64,000 bases of DNA from Podarcis tiliguerta (taxonomy: Eukaryota). Positions 25,066 through 36,900 of the stretch are shown piece by piece. The translations under genes and the position numbers were made by a program. Every line of letters starts with the position of its first letter. Position 1 is the first letter of the stretch. The notes under the pieces were generated by a model. That model worked only from the letters and a program-made list of their open reading frames with translations. It ran no database searches and had not been told where the DNA came from. The stretch lies in NCBI GenBank assembly GCA_965153285.1, contig OZ229117.1. One strand, written 5' to 3'.

Positions 25066-27051
25066 ATCTATGCTCATGAAAGACCCCATCTGCTGCAAGG
25101 ATTACCTTGGGAAAGTTTTGGTGCAATAAGAAGAGCTACATTACTTATTATTTTTATTACATTTGTATTCCACCTTTTTTGTAAAGCTCGACATACACAG
25201 TCCTCCCCTCCCCATTTTATTCTCACCACCCTGTAAAGTAGGTTAGGCTGAGAAACAGTGACTGGACCCAAGCCACCCAGTGAATTTTGATGGCTGAGTG
25301 GGGATGTGATCCCAGGTCTCCCAGGTCCTTGTCTGACTCCCTGACCACTAACCCACACTGGCTCACATTGCACTTGCGCTTTGTGGGACCCCTCTGAGCA
25401 GAGACTAGGGTGCCTGTTGTTAGGAGAGGTGGGCATTTTCAGCTTCAACACAGTTCTGGTCCAAGTGTTGTGCTTTACTTCTTGGAAGTGGCAGCCACTC
25501 ACTTATAGAAGCAGAAGGGGCCACTTTGCAATGCTACTGGGGGGACACACACACACCTGGTGGCAAGGTCTCAAACTACAGTCTTTTTTTTTGCCCCGCT
25601 TGATATTTGCATTGGAAGGTAAACTTCCATTAGTGGGTTGAGACTTCCATTGCCAATATGCGCTGAGACTGCAGCAGGCCAGTGGTTAGCAGATCCTACC
25701 CCACCAGGGTTCTGTGCTGCATCAGACTCCCAACACCTACTGTGTTGCACTCAGTGCACTTTGCCAAAATTATCTACATACTGGAAAGGAGGGGTTGTAG
25801 ATGCAGAATGATCACTTACCATTGGCAATGCAGTGAACTCACGGCTGCGATGAACACTTGGCAACTTCCATTCTCACAGCTCCAGCAGGCCAGCTGTTCC
25901 ACTAGATTAGCTCTCCGACTAATCATAAGCAGCCCAAAAGCAGGGAGGGTGCAGGGTCCAACACCTGCTATCCCTTAACAAAACAAAACCACTACCAATA
26001 ATAAAAGCATCCTGTGGACCACCCATTGGGCCACTGCTAATAAATGCATCAATAACCTCATCTCTGATAAGCCATCTGTTAGGCCAGCAGTCAGGAAGGG
26101 GGGGTGCAATAGCACACCCTGCACTGAAGGGACAATCTGTGGCACAGAGCAAGATGATTCTGACCAACTTATTAGAAACAACACTATTCGTCAGTTTCCC
26201 CATAGCCAAAAGGTGTCCTGGAGATCGACCAAGTTATAGGGTATCAGTTATGCAAAACAGTAAAAAGACAGTTATGCAGATAGGAATCATTGCTATTTGC
26301 ATGATTAATATAGGTCACATAATGCAGCTTTTCAGTGTGTAGAATCTGGATGGCTCATCCACCAAGGGCACACGCGGGCCCTGGAGGTGACTTGCCAATT
26401 CTAACAGAATCAAAAGAAGTCAAACTAAAGAGTTAGAACACCAACATCAGGGGGCGATCTTTTTAGTTTCAATAAGCAAAGATTACGCAATAGGTGCAGA
26501 GGTTAGAACCTGAAGCATCAGCACTTGTGAAAAATGTGTAAGCTATGAGACTGCTTTGAAGTACTTCCAGAAAATAGTATCCTTCCCAACTCTTCCATTT
26601 GATTATGGATACTTGAGCTAACTTTGTGTTTAAAGTCGATGCTGAAAGAGAATTATCCAGGTTTAAGGTGAAAACTATTTTTACACCATCTAACATCTTT
26701 GCAAGGACAACCACAAGCCTGGTCCAGAGTAGGCATGGTGGGTGCCAGGGTAGTAGTGAGCACTAAACTGAACACCCTGCCATTCTGCGTTGGTTTATTT
26801 CTGCTACAAATCTACTTCTGAGCAAGGGCTCAGGCAGCAGTGGTGGTGGAGAGAACAGCAAAGACCAGTCACAGTCAACTTCTTAAGTGTTCCTGACTCA
26901 CCTAAGAACCACAGACCTCTGTAGCAGTTGGTCACTTGTAACATAGCCAGGCAAACTTTACACAGCTATGAAACTGTCGCCTAGGAATTTGAATCCAACC
27001 CCTGGGTAGTGGAAGAATAAAGACTGTAAAAAAACTGCAGTGACAAAATGT

Positions 27052-27057
27052 TTTATT
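27052..27057 (-). terminator. UBA2 poly(A) signal
   Basis: AATAAA (minus) ~730 nt after the stop, followed by a T-rich downstream element. Confidence 0.7.
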
Positions 27058-27785
27058 AAAAAAAACCCTCCCTTTTCAATTCCAACAAAGGATGTTTTCA
27101 GAAGCCCTGTAGGATGCTTAAAACTATTATTAGTACAGCTTTAAGTGTGAAGACTGTATCCACTTTACAAATCCTCAACTTTCCATATAGGTGGGCTTTC
27201 AAACAAATGTAGCAAATAGTTTGTCTGTTGTTTTGGTCCATCAGATGAATGGTAGAGTAGCATTAAAGTTTTACAAAACATCCCATATAAATAACCTGAA
27301 GCTGTAACAGTACACCAAGATCCGTTTCTGACACTGACACATCAGGCAGTACTAGCTGACAAATCAACATTGTTTTACAGTAATGTACATTGTGCCGACT
27401 GACTGTTTGAAACGTGACACACATCTTTGCTTTCAAGGTTTTGGTTTGAGGGTGTGAAAAATGGCGAGAACTAGGCTAGGCTAACAAACAGTAAGAATTA
27501 AAAACCTCTCAGAAGTCACCAAGTGATAAAACCATTTCAGCAAACAGGAGTTGTCTTATTTTCCCATAACAATCCGTCTTTCAGGCATTATATAATTAGA
27601 CATGCTTCGTTTTCAGGCCCACAATGCTTATAAACTAGATGTCTACTAAATCTTACTAGAGAAGTTCTAAGTCCTACCAAACGAAAATGGGAAGATACTG
27701 CAAGCCAGAGTCCTAGTTGTGGACATTTTGCACACCCTAGCAATCATCCTATTGGCACGTCCTACTGGTTGGAGCATTCTAGCAC

Positions 27786-27967
27786 TCAGTCTAGTGCTAT
27801 CACATCATCCTGCTCTTCAGCCAATTGTTCTGAGCGCAGCCGTTTGGTGCCAGTGTATTCCTTCTCATCCAGCTTCCTTTTCCGGCTCTTGCTTTCTGTG
27901 TCATCAGCATTGCTTGAAGAACCTTCCTCAGTCTCAACTATCAGCACATCATCATCTTCCTCTTGAG
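27786..27967 (-). CDS. UBA2: UBA2 exon 17 coding part ([10 protein letters not shown]...[10 protein letters not shown]...DDVIALD*)
   Basis: TGA at 27786-27788, NLS RKRK and SIM-like VLIV/VIAL motifs. Confidence 0.96.
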
Positions 27968-30900
27968 CTGGAAAAGAAAAGAGTCACTGCATTGCAGCCT
28001 AGCGGTGTTGTTTTAAATACAGGCTTAACATAAATAGGCTAAATGTTCCACACTTGTACCTAAAATGAAGCACATGACTGTTTTCAAATATTCAAGAGAA
28101 TAAATGATACTGAGAGTGATGGCAAATTGCCATCTTAGAAAATAATGGACCAGCTCAATCCATAAATGCATGGTCCCTCAGTGAGTTAAGATATATTGAC
28201 TGGATGTGCAAAAGCTAAAGCAAAAATTGTGAACAAACAGGCCCTTCTGGGGGCTTAAGTGAATTTTCAAGATCCAGGAAAATTTGGAAGGCTTTATAAA
28301 GGTTTATCTTGCGTCCTAGAATTTCAAGGGGCTGCCAATACCTCCAAGCAGTTGTAGGTATGTCGATACAGTTCCCTCCCACTGCCAGTCTTTACCTGTG
28401 GATGTTGAGGGCTGTGCCCCATCATCACTTCCATTGGTGATATTCTTAGTGACTGGCTGTTCCGATGGCTTGGGACCAACAACTTCATCACCAACAACTT
28501 CAAACTCCACATCTTTCCCAAGCTCCTCGCTGATTAAAAAAAAAATGCAGAAAAAAACACACTCAGATGATGGTCAAATGAGCCAAAACACTATGATGGT
28601 CAAATAAGAGGCAGTTTGTGAAATGGCTTATTCAACCCGAGGTGTTGGCTTTTTCAACCCTTGCTTGCCTGAGCACCACAGTACACCCCAAGGCAGTTAT
28701 GGATGCTGTGCCAATGGGGAGGGCCTGGGAGTTATTCTTGCATATTAGAGAACGCTACTGGCTCTCAATTTTGTGTTTTTCACAAATGCAGAGCTGGTCT
28801 CTGTATTAGCAAGACTTATATCACTTATTTAATCTGAAGGTTCTTTTGGCAGAGTTGCAGTTTCTGGTTCTGATAGCTCTAGGAAATCAATGGCCTTCAC
28901 CTGTGCAGTACGTTGATCAGCAGGGTATAGTCCTGCAGAAAGTCATCTGCTTGCAGCCGACTACCATTTCGGATCCCAAAGTCTGACAACTTCCTGTGGT
29001 TATTTGCTGAGGGGGACATGGGGAAAACCGGAGAAAAGCAGCGTCAGGTACTCTGTAGAAACATCAGTCGCCTCCAAGGCTTTTCTTAACTCAAAACACT
29101 CAAAAGCAAAGGAAAAGTAAGCAAAGTATGGCTGCTAATACCTATTGATCTATGTTAAAATTTAATACATCACGTATACTCTTTTCTTTGCCATAAATAT
29201 GGAAGGCTGCGCACTTCAAAGCCAGAAGCTACACTTAAGAAAACCTGCAACGGACTTGGGAGGCTGGGCTATGAGATCATCTCCAGTGGCTTGATGATAT
29301 CTCCGTTCCTGGTTTGATTGATACCTGTTGCCAGACCCCTAATAATACATGACTGCAGCCAAGATTGCATTGTATAACCCAAACAAAATCCTCCAAATCT
29401 GAGAACTGTAGTAATGAGGGTCCAACTACAGCTTGGATAATATCCACATCTATGGGTCACCTGGCTCAGAGCACCCAGAGGCAGACACAAGGCTACACAG
29501 TGTTGCACATTGTGTGTTTGCTGCAGTGCAAAGGACATACAGTGTGGAGCTTCCTTAAATGTCAGGCTGACTTTTGACCACACCAGTTTCACTTTCATTT
29601 CATACCTTCAGTTTCTCCTTCTTCGGAGGATATCAGAATAGTCCCCTTTCCATCTTCTATCTGGACATCAGGTGCTACCATATTGAATTTTTCTTTCACT
29701 ATCTGAAAGGATGCAAGGGAGGGAAAAATCTATAAGCAAGACTCTGAAACAATAATCCTTTTCCAAGACTTACACCCAACCCCCTTCTGATACACGATCA
29801 AAACAACACTTTCTACCAGGGATGCGCACCAGCTACAAAATTCGCCTTGCATCTGTAATGTTGGTATGCAACCCAACCTATTTTCAGTCCGTGTCTTTCT
29901 GGTCTGGCTTACCATTTCTGGCCAGATGAAATCTGTTAAATCTCAGGCCCCATCTCTGTGTGTTGACTAGGGTGTGGGAGCAGCATCAGAGTGCAGGGGA
30001 AAAATCCAGCTACGAAGAAACCCTGAGGGTGGGTGTGAAACAGGATGAGTGAGAGGCAACGCTTGAGGAGAGTTCCAAGGGCCAGGCAGAGAGGTTTGGA
30101 GGGCCGCATGTGGCCCCTGGGCCTGGGGTTCCCTACCTGTGTTTTAGGGCCTAAGGTGCAGAACAGATTCTGCAGATTAGCGATTTAGGAACAGTGCTTA
30201 AACTGAAAAACCTAAGAGGTGGATGAAGGGAGAGGCTCATTCACCTTATCTTGTAGCGTCAAAACTGTGACTTTGTTGACATCAAGTTTCACTGTCACCT
30301 CTGGCTTACTTGCACACACATAGCAATTGGGATTAGGAGGGTCCAAAGCGCAGGGGACAAGCAGCTTCTTCCTTGGGTTTGGTTGTTTATTAAGGAAGAT
30401 CTTCAGAAGATAAGAAAAAAGGGAATCAATTATCCAGCATGAACAATCAAAAGAGAAGAGAGAGGAAATCAACACCACACTTACTGCTCTGCACTGCTCT
30501 ATTTTTCCTGAGAGAATCTTTAAACCCTCCAGCACAATCAGACCAGCTATTATGGCATTAGTGGTAGCTATTGCAGGAATGATGTTTCCTGCCATTGCTG
30601 TGGAAGAAGCAGAAATAAGGAGTTTATGTAGCATATTAAAACAAGGACAGAGAAAATCCTTCAAGAAAATAAATATAAGCTTTTCACTTACATTTGATAT
30701 CAAATCTGCTCTTCATGTTCATACTAAAGATATGCATTCTGAGGTTCGCAGCAGAAGTAACAAAGTCCATTGCAGAAGGATCATCCTGTTAAATAGTCAT
30801 TTTGAAGTAAAATAGAAAATACTGATCATTTTAGAATGAACAGAGGCATTTCTGGAACTTGAAAAAAATAACTGTATAAAATAAGCTTGAACTCAAACTC

Positions 30901-33900
30901 TTTTAACACATTACTCATAAAACATACCCTTCTAATTGTTAAAATTGCTATAAGTACCAAGTAACAGTTCTGTAATGCAACTTAATATGACTAACTTTTA
31001 TTTTGTGGCCACACTGACAGCTGAGCCATGAGTCCAGCATTTCCATCCCTTGAAGTGGTGAGATACTAATCCCCCAAGAATGTAAAAATCAAGTAGTTCA
31101 ATCACAGCAATGAGCCTTTGAGATATAGTTTGATTATACTGCTTTTCCAATAAGAACCATGGGAACAGATAAGTTTCTAAAGATAGTTCATTATTATATC
31201 TATATAAAAACATCTTTAAACAGAATCTCTCTTCATCTATGAAGTTTCACTTATAATCCCCATTTTTTATTGTGCCCTACACCACTCATTGTTAAAAGTT
31301 TTGGAGAGATGTACATTCATCCAAAAGGTACATAGTTTCTAGGTCCAATTCAAAGTGAAAGTCTTCTCCTTTAAAGCCCTTCACAGTATCCCATATAAAC
31401 TGCCTGCTCCCAAATGAATCTCAGCACAAAGATCATTTTTCAGAAGGATTTTTGGAAACAAGGCAAGTGTTAACAGGGGAGAGGGTCTTGTGATCCTTAG
31501 AGAGGTCCACCTGGCATCTTCTCTATTAAGGTTTAGGTGCTATGTTAAGAGCTTTTTAGTTGCCCAAGTTTTCTAAACAAACAGACTAATTTTAGTTATC
31601 CGATTTCTGATTTTAACTTTTGTATACAATATTATTGTTTGGTTTTATGTAGTTGTTGTGAACTGTTTTGATTTTTAAAAACGAATTAGTGGTATATAAA
31701 CAAACGAATTTTATCTGCTGACATTTTCCCTTAGGCAGCTTTATCATTTTTAGTGTAGCTTTTTATTCTGCTCTGCTTCTAATCGTTTGGAAAGTTCTCT
31801 CGCTTGAGCAGCACTGAATTCAAGGGGACCCTCCTCCGTGCTCCAGATGTCACTTCCCATGAGGCCACTTTTTTCATCAAACAAGAATGGAGAACTGCAC
31901 TTTGTTTCTATAGGGCTTCTGCTTGAGACCTGCTCAGTGGATTGTTCCCTCTGCATTTATAGCCAACAGAGGCCGCATCTAAAATTGACAATTTGCAAAG
32001 CCCAACAGAGGGTACACATCTGTTCAACAGTCTAATGTCATTTACAAGGCTCAGAGACAGCCATTTTTTTGTAGAGAAGATATTGTGAGAACGCTAACCG
32101 CTAGTGTGCTAGGCATATCTACTATTAGTGCTGTGCTAGAATCCAAACATTTTTACTCGTCTGCATGCAACACATCCCCAAACGTTTGCTGAACTAACCT
32201 TGTCCCATATAAGTTCAGCTCCATCACCTTTTTCCGCTAGTTGAGCTCTCAGAGTCTCTACACTCTTAGAAAACAGACGTGCGTAGCTCTTGACATCCAG
32301 AACCTGTTGGTCTTTCAAGCCCAAGGAAGGTTCATTCTGTTGATCAGATGTGCTGTTTTCTTTAAAGGAAAGGAAGCGAGAAACTTGTTTGTTAAAACCT
32401 TCTTCAAATTCAACTTGTTTTGTTTTCCCATCTATACACACGTCTTTAAGGAGTTAGCAAATGCTTCCACTGCTACCAACATAAGTCTGAAGCTAATTCA
32501 ATAGCACAAATGGCTGATTTACTGGATTTTTCATCACAAGGATTTGTAGTGAATATGTGAAAAGCATAATGTCTGAGGAAATTTGGAAGTGCAGCTGCAG
32601 TACCTCAGAGGTAGCCATATGGTCTCCTCCAGATGCTGCTGAACTACAACTCCCATCATCCCTGACCACTAGCCATGCTAAGAGTCTAGCAGAATCTGGA
32701 GAGCACCCCATTGGCAAGCTTTGATGCACACTATAAACTCAGATGTCTTCATTGATCAATATCTTATCCCAGCTGCTATCACACGCCAAACTATTCTTTA
32801 AATAGGGCGGATTCAGGAACCACATCCCAACACCAAAACTAAGCACCTGCAACAGCTCTGCAGCAGTTCAGTAATAAAATTCATAGTTTACCTTAAAAGT
32901 AGACAGTCCAACTGTTAAGTATCAAAGAAAGGCAAATAATAATATGCTTACCCTGATTTTGTATTTCATTCCAGTCTAGAGGAACTGGAGGTTTCCTTTT
33001 CCTCCAGAGCTTATCCATTGTTAGCAGATATCTGATGTCATCTTTGAAAAGCTAGAAAATAAGATTTAGAAGAGAAGCCTACTATCAACTGATGTGCTTT
33101 CAAGAGTACATTTCAGATCTACTAACATTTAATATTGAACACCAGTGCATATTCATCTAGGCACCAAGAGCCTGTATTTGTATGAGAGGATATTTGTTTT
33201 ATACAAATATGAATAGTCTTGTGATCAATATGTTCTCACTACAGGATTCATTCTAGGGGCTCTGCTTACTGAAGTGCAACACAATTAGATTGTGAGGAAA
33301 ATGCAGGTTGGGGAAACATGGCCAGTACCATATCTGGGTTTATTGAAACATGCTTAATTCTGGCAACCAAACTCTTGGAAACATATTTGAAGCTGCAGAG
33401 TGAAATCTTGCACATGTTTGACCAGAAGTAAACTTAGCAAAGTAACATTCACACTTTTCAGAACAAAGTTGCAGATGTACTCTGCTCTGTTTGTACATTC
33501 GAAAGATTTAATTAATCCAGCCTTGTATATCAGTACCAGAGAAGGAATTGCATGCCAGTGTCCCTCTCCTTCCAGTCTGCAGCAAGCTTTTGTTACTCAA
33601 CTCCTTTTATTAGCTGATATCTCATGATGATACAGAATAGGAGTAGCTAACCTGGCACCCTTCAAATGTTGCAGACTAGAACTCTTATCACTGCTGACCA
33701 ATGGCCAGTCTAAAATATCTGGAGGGCACAAAGTTTGCTATTATATAGACCCTTGACCAATTACTTGTGTCCTTTCTATTTTCTGACAACCTTCCCATTC
33801 CTCATACAGCCCATCACTAATTTAGCCATTATCTCTAACCCAAATGAAAGACAACAGGGACAAGAGGAGGATAGGTGTGTTGCTGGTCACGACTGACCCT

Positions 33901-36900
33901 ACAGTGTCCTGAGTTTTAGTGCTCTGCCATTTGCACAGGAAGAGGATTCGGGCTTATTTATTTTATTTTTAGTCAAGTTTATATACCACTTCAAATAAAA
34001 ATATCCAAGCCATGTACACCATTAAAAACATACAACCGGACTATGATCCTTCATTGCAGGGGGTTGGACTAGATAGCCCTTTGGGTCCCTTCCAACTCTA
34101 CAATTCTATGAAAACCAGCAAGTTGAAATCCCGAGTAAACAAATAGCCAGGCACTGAAATATCCACACAGTCAATGCTTGCCTAATGTGAACAGTTGATG
34201 AAAAGCAGATGCAAGTGTAAAGCCGATCTTACAACATGTCTGCCCCCGCTTAACAGTGGCATAAAAAGAAATTTCTGCAAATGCCACTGACTTAAGACAA
34301 ATACCTTAGTGAAGAGTTTAACCGAATCATATCCTGTTGATTTAGCCCATTCCTTGGTTGAAACACGTTTAATATCACCATCTTCATTAGATGCTCTTGC
34401 TCTGGCCTCAGCTTCTGCTGGCTCCCCTGTCGATAAGATGACATTTTCCATTTGCTATCAAGATCACTCACCTGGCACAGATACAATTTTACCAAAAGAG
34501 GGAAACCTAGTCAGGAGGCTTCTTCTACTTTTTCAACAAACTAGTCTATTAAAGAACCAGAATGTTACCTGAAATATTCAGAATGTTATGGCTCAATTAA
34601 TGAACCAGGATTCAAAGCAATACTAATGTTGGTTATTTAAGAGTAAATATTAACCAACTACTGATGGTTCTCCTATACGCAGCATATACACAGAACTTTG
34701 CAACTCTGCAACTGAGGACCAAGGAAAATATTATTCTGTGGCAGCTGACACCCAACCAGAAGTTGCACAGCTGATAGAAGGACTCCCCAAGAGAAGCACA
34801 AAACTGTCTTTTTTTTTTTTTACTTACAAGCAGCTTCAGGATCAGCTCTGTCAGGAGACACTTCTTGATCAGCATCTTCTTCTCCAAACAGCTGACTACA
34901 TTTTAAAACACAAATGGTGGTTAGAGACTGAAATGTCTTTGCTTGAATAATCTTGAAAGCAAGTTATTTATGGTAGTGCTATGTCCAGCTGTTAACATAA
35001 AGGTTTGGTTTTAGCCATTAAGTTGCTCCTCCAAATAGCATGCTTTATTTTTTTTCTTTGCAAACTGCTTTAAGACACAAGGGAAGTGGGGTGTAATTTT
35101 AAAAAACCAAGACTAGGGGAAAAGTCAATTTACACTGCAACAGAGCTCAGAGATGTTTCACATCCAAACCATTCACACAAAATTGAGAAGGTAACTAGCC
35201 CTGACAAATTGGAACTGCAATAAAACGGGGGGCCACCAGGTGGTGCATTGGAAGATGGCCGACAATAACATCTCTCCGACCCATACGAGGTAATTAAGAG
35301 GCTGCTATGGGAAGTATACAGTCTTCCTACCCACCCCCCAAGGAGATGGGGGGGGGCCTGCCTTGTCAGCGGTGTCCACAACGCACCCCCGGATTCGAGA
35401 GAAGGGGGTGCCGGTCACTTGGCACGAGCCCTCGATGAGGTCGGCTCTTCCTGATGCCGGTTCCAATCAGCGCATGCTGGTTCGCTTTAGCTCGGAATTA
35501 TAATTGGAAACATATGATTGGAAAGAAGCTAAAGCACATACATCAAGCAATCGATCGGGAGATAAGACTGCTGATTTATGGATCTCTGTGACCGGAGTGA
35601 CGGATGGATAAATAAATCAAGTGATGAACCACCATTAAGAGACTGGTATGTTTGGAATGAAAAAGAAGGGGGGTGGGGTGGAGGAAAAAACTTTTCTTTT
35701 CTTTGCATTATGTGATATTACTAACCCTCCACCCCAGAAAGAAGATTGTTGCGTTTTATTAATCACAAGCAGGAATGCAAGAACTGTGTGGAGTGGATTA
35801 TAGTTAAAGAGATGATTGGTGAACGAGAACGGAGGAAAATTTTATGACGCAGCTTAAAATGGCGTCTCGCTAAGACAGGCTTGCCTGAGAAAGAAAGACA
35901 GGGGGAGGAGAATCAGGACCATTGGAATTGCATGATGATTGGAATGTGATCTTAACCTGACAGAGCCCTCCTGATATACTTGGCAAGCCTGAGAAAATTA
36001 AAGGACAGACCGAAGATAATTTTTTTATGGAAGCGTGGAATGGCGGCTGTCCCTAAGTGATATGATCTTTGGAGAGTGCAAAACCCACACAGAGGATGTC
36101 TGTCTCTAATCCGCTTGTGAAGATTATCAGAGATCGCAAAGAAAGGAATATATGATAACAACAAGAAGATGAAGAAAGTAATAAAGGACTATCTGGATTG
36201 AACTGGATAGAACTGTTTCATTAAAGCAGCAATATAAGTGATGTTTGGACCTGTTCGGAGCTTGATGTATGGGTACCCCCAACAAAATTTAAAATTTGGC
36301 TGTATAATTTGGAACGAATGTGATTTGGATAATGTGATGTGATTGGCCTGTTAATAAAAATTATTTTTTTAAAAAAGGAACTGCAATAAAACTCTGTACT
36401 CAAACTCTCCTCAAAGGAGAGCATGCCACTCCCTCCTGCATTTCATATTTCTTTTTCAACTGCTACTATTCTAAAGCTACTGAGCATGCTCAGTACTCGC
36501 TGGGCTGCTTTCCCCAAGTTTTTACCTTTCAGTTTTCTTTTTCAAAGTTATATTGTACTTCTGCATAATGCTGAGGTTCCCTCTAAACATGCTGACAACT
36601 CCCCTCTTGTTTCTCAAGGAATCAATTTTTCCTACAATCCTGTTGGCACTTGTATAGGAAGGAGTGATCTCTATGGATTATTGAAACCTATTAGATATCT
36701 TTTTATAGGAACAAGCACTCAAGGCAACCTACACACAACAGACCAGACCAGCCTGATGTCTAGATTTCACATAGCTGCATCCTGGCACCTAACTAATCTG
36801 CTAGACACACAAGGCCATCAAATTCATGGCTCTTCTACACTTTGCAAAACAACCATCACAGCGTATCAGGTACAGAAAAGCTGGATCTAGCCAGTTTTCA

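Noticed and set aside
27016-27021. Plus-strand AATAAA converging on the UBA2 poly(A) site
   Set aside because: No evidence for a plus-strand transcript; the hexamer is common in AT-rich DNA.
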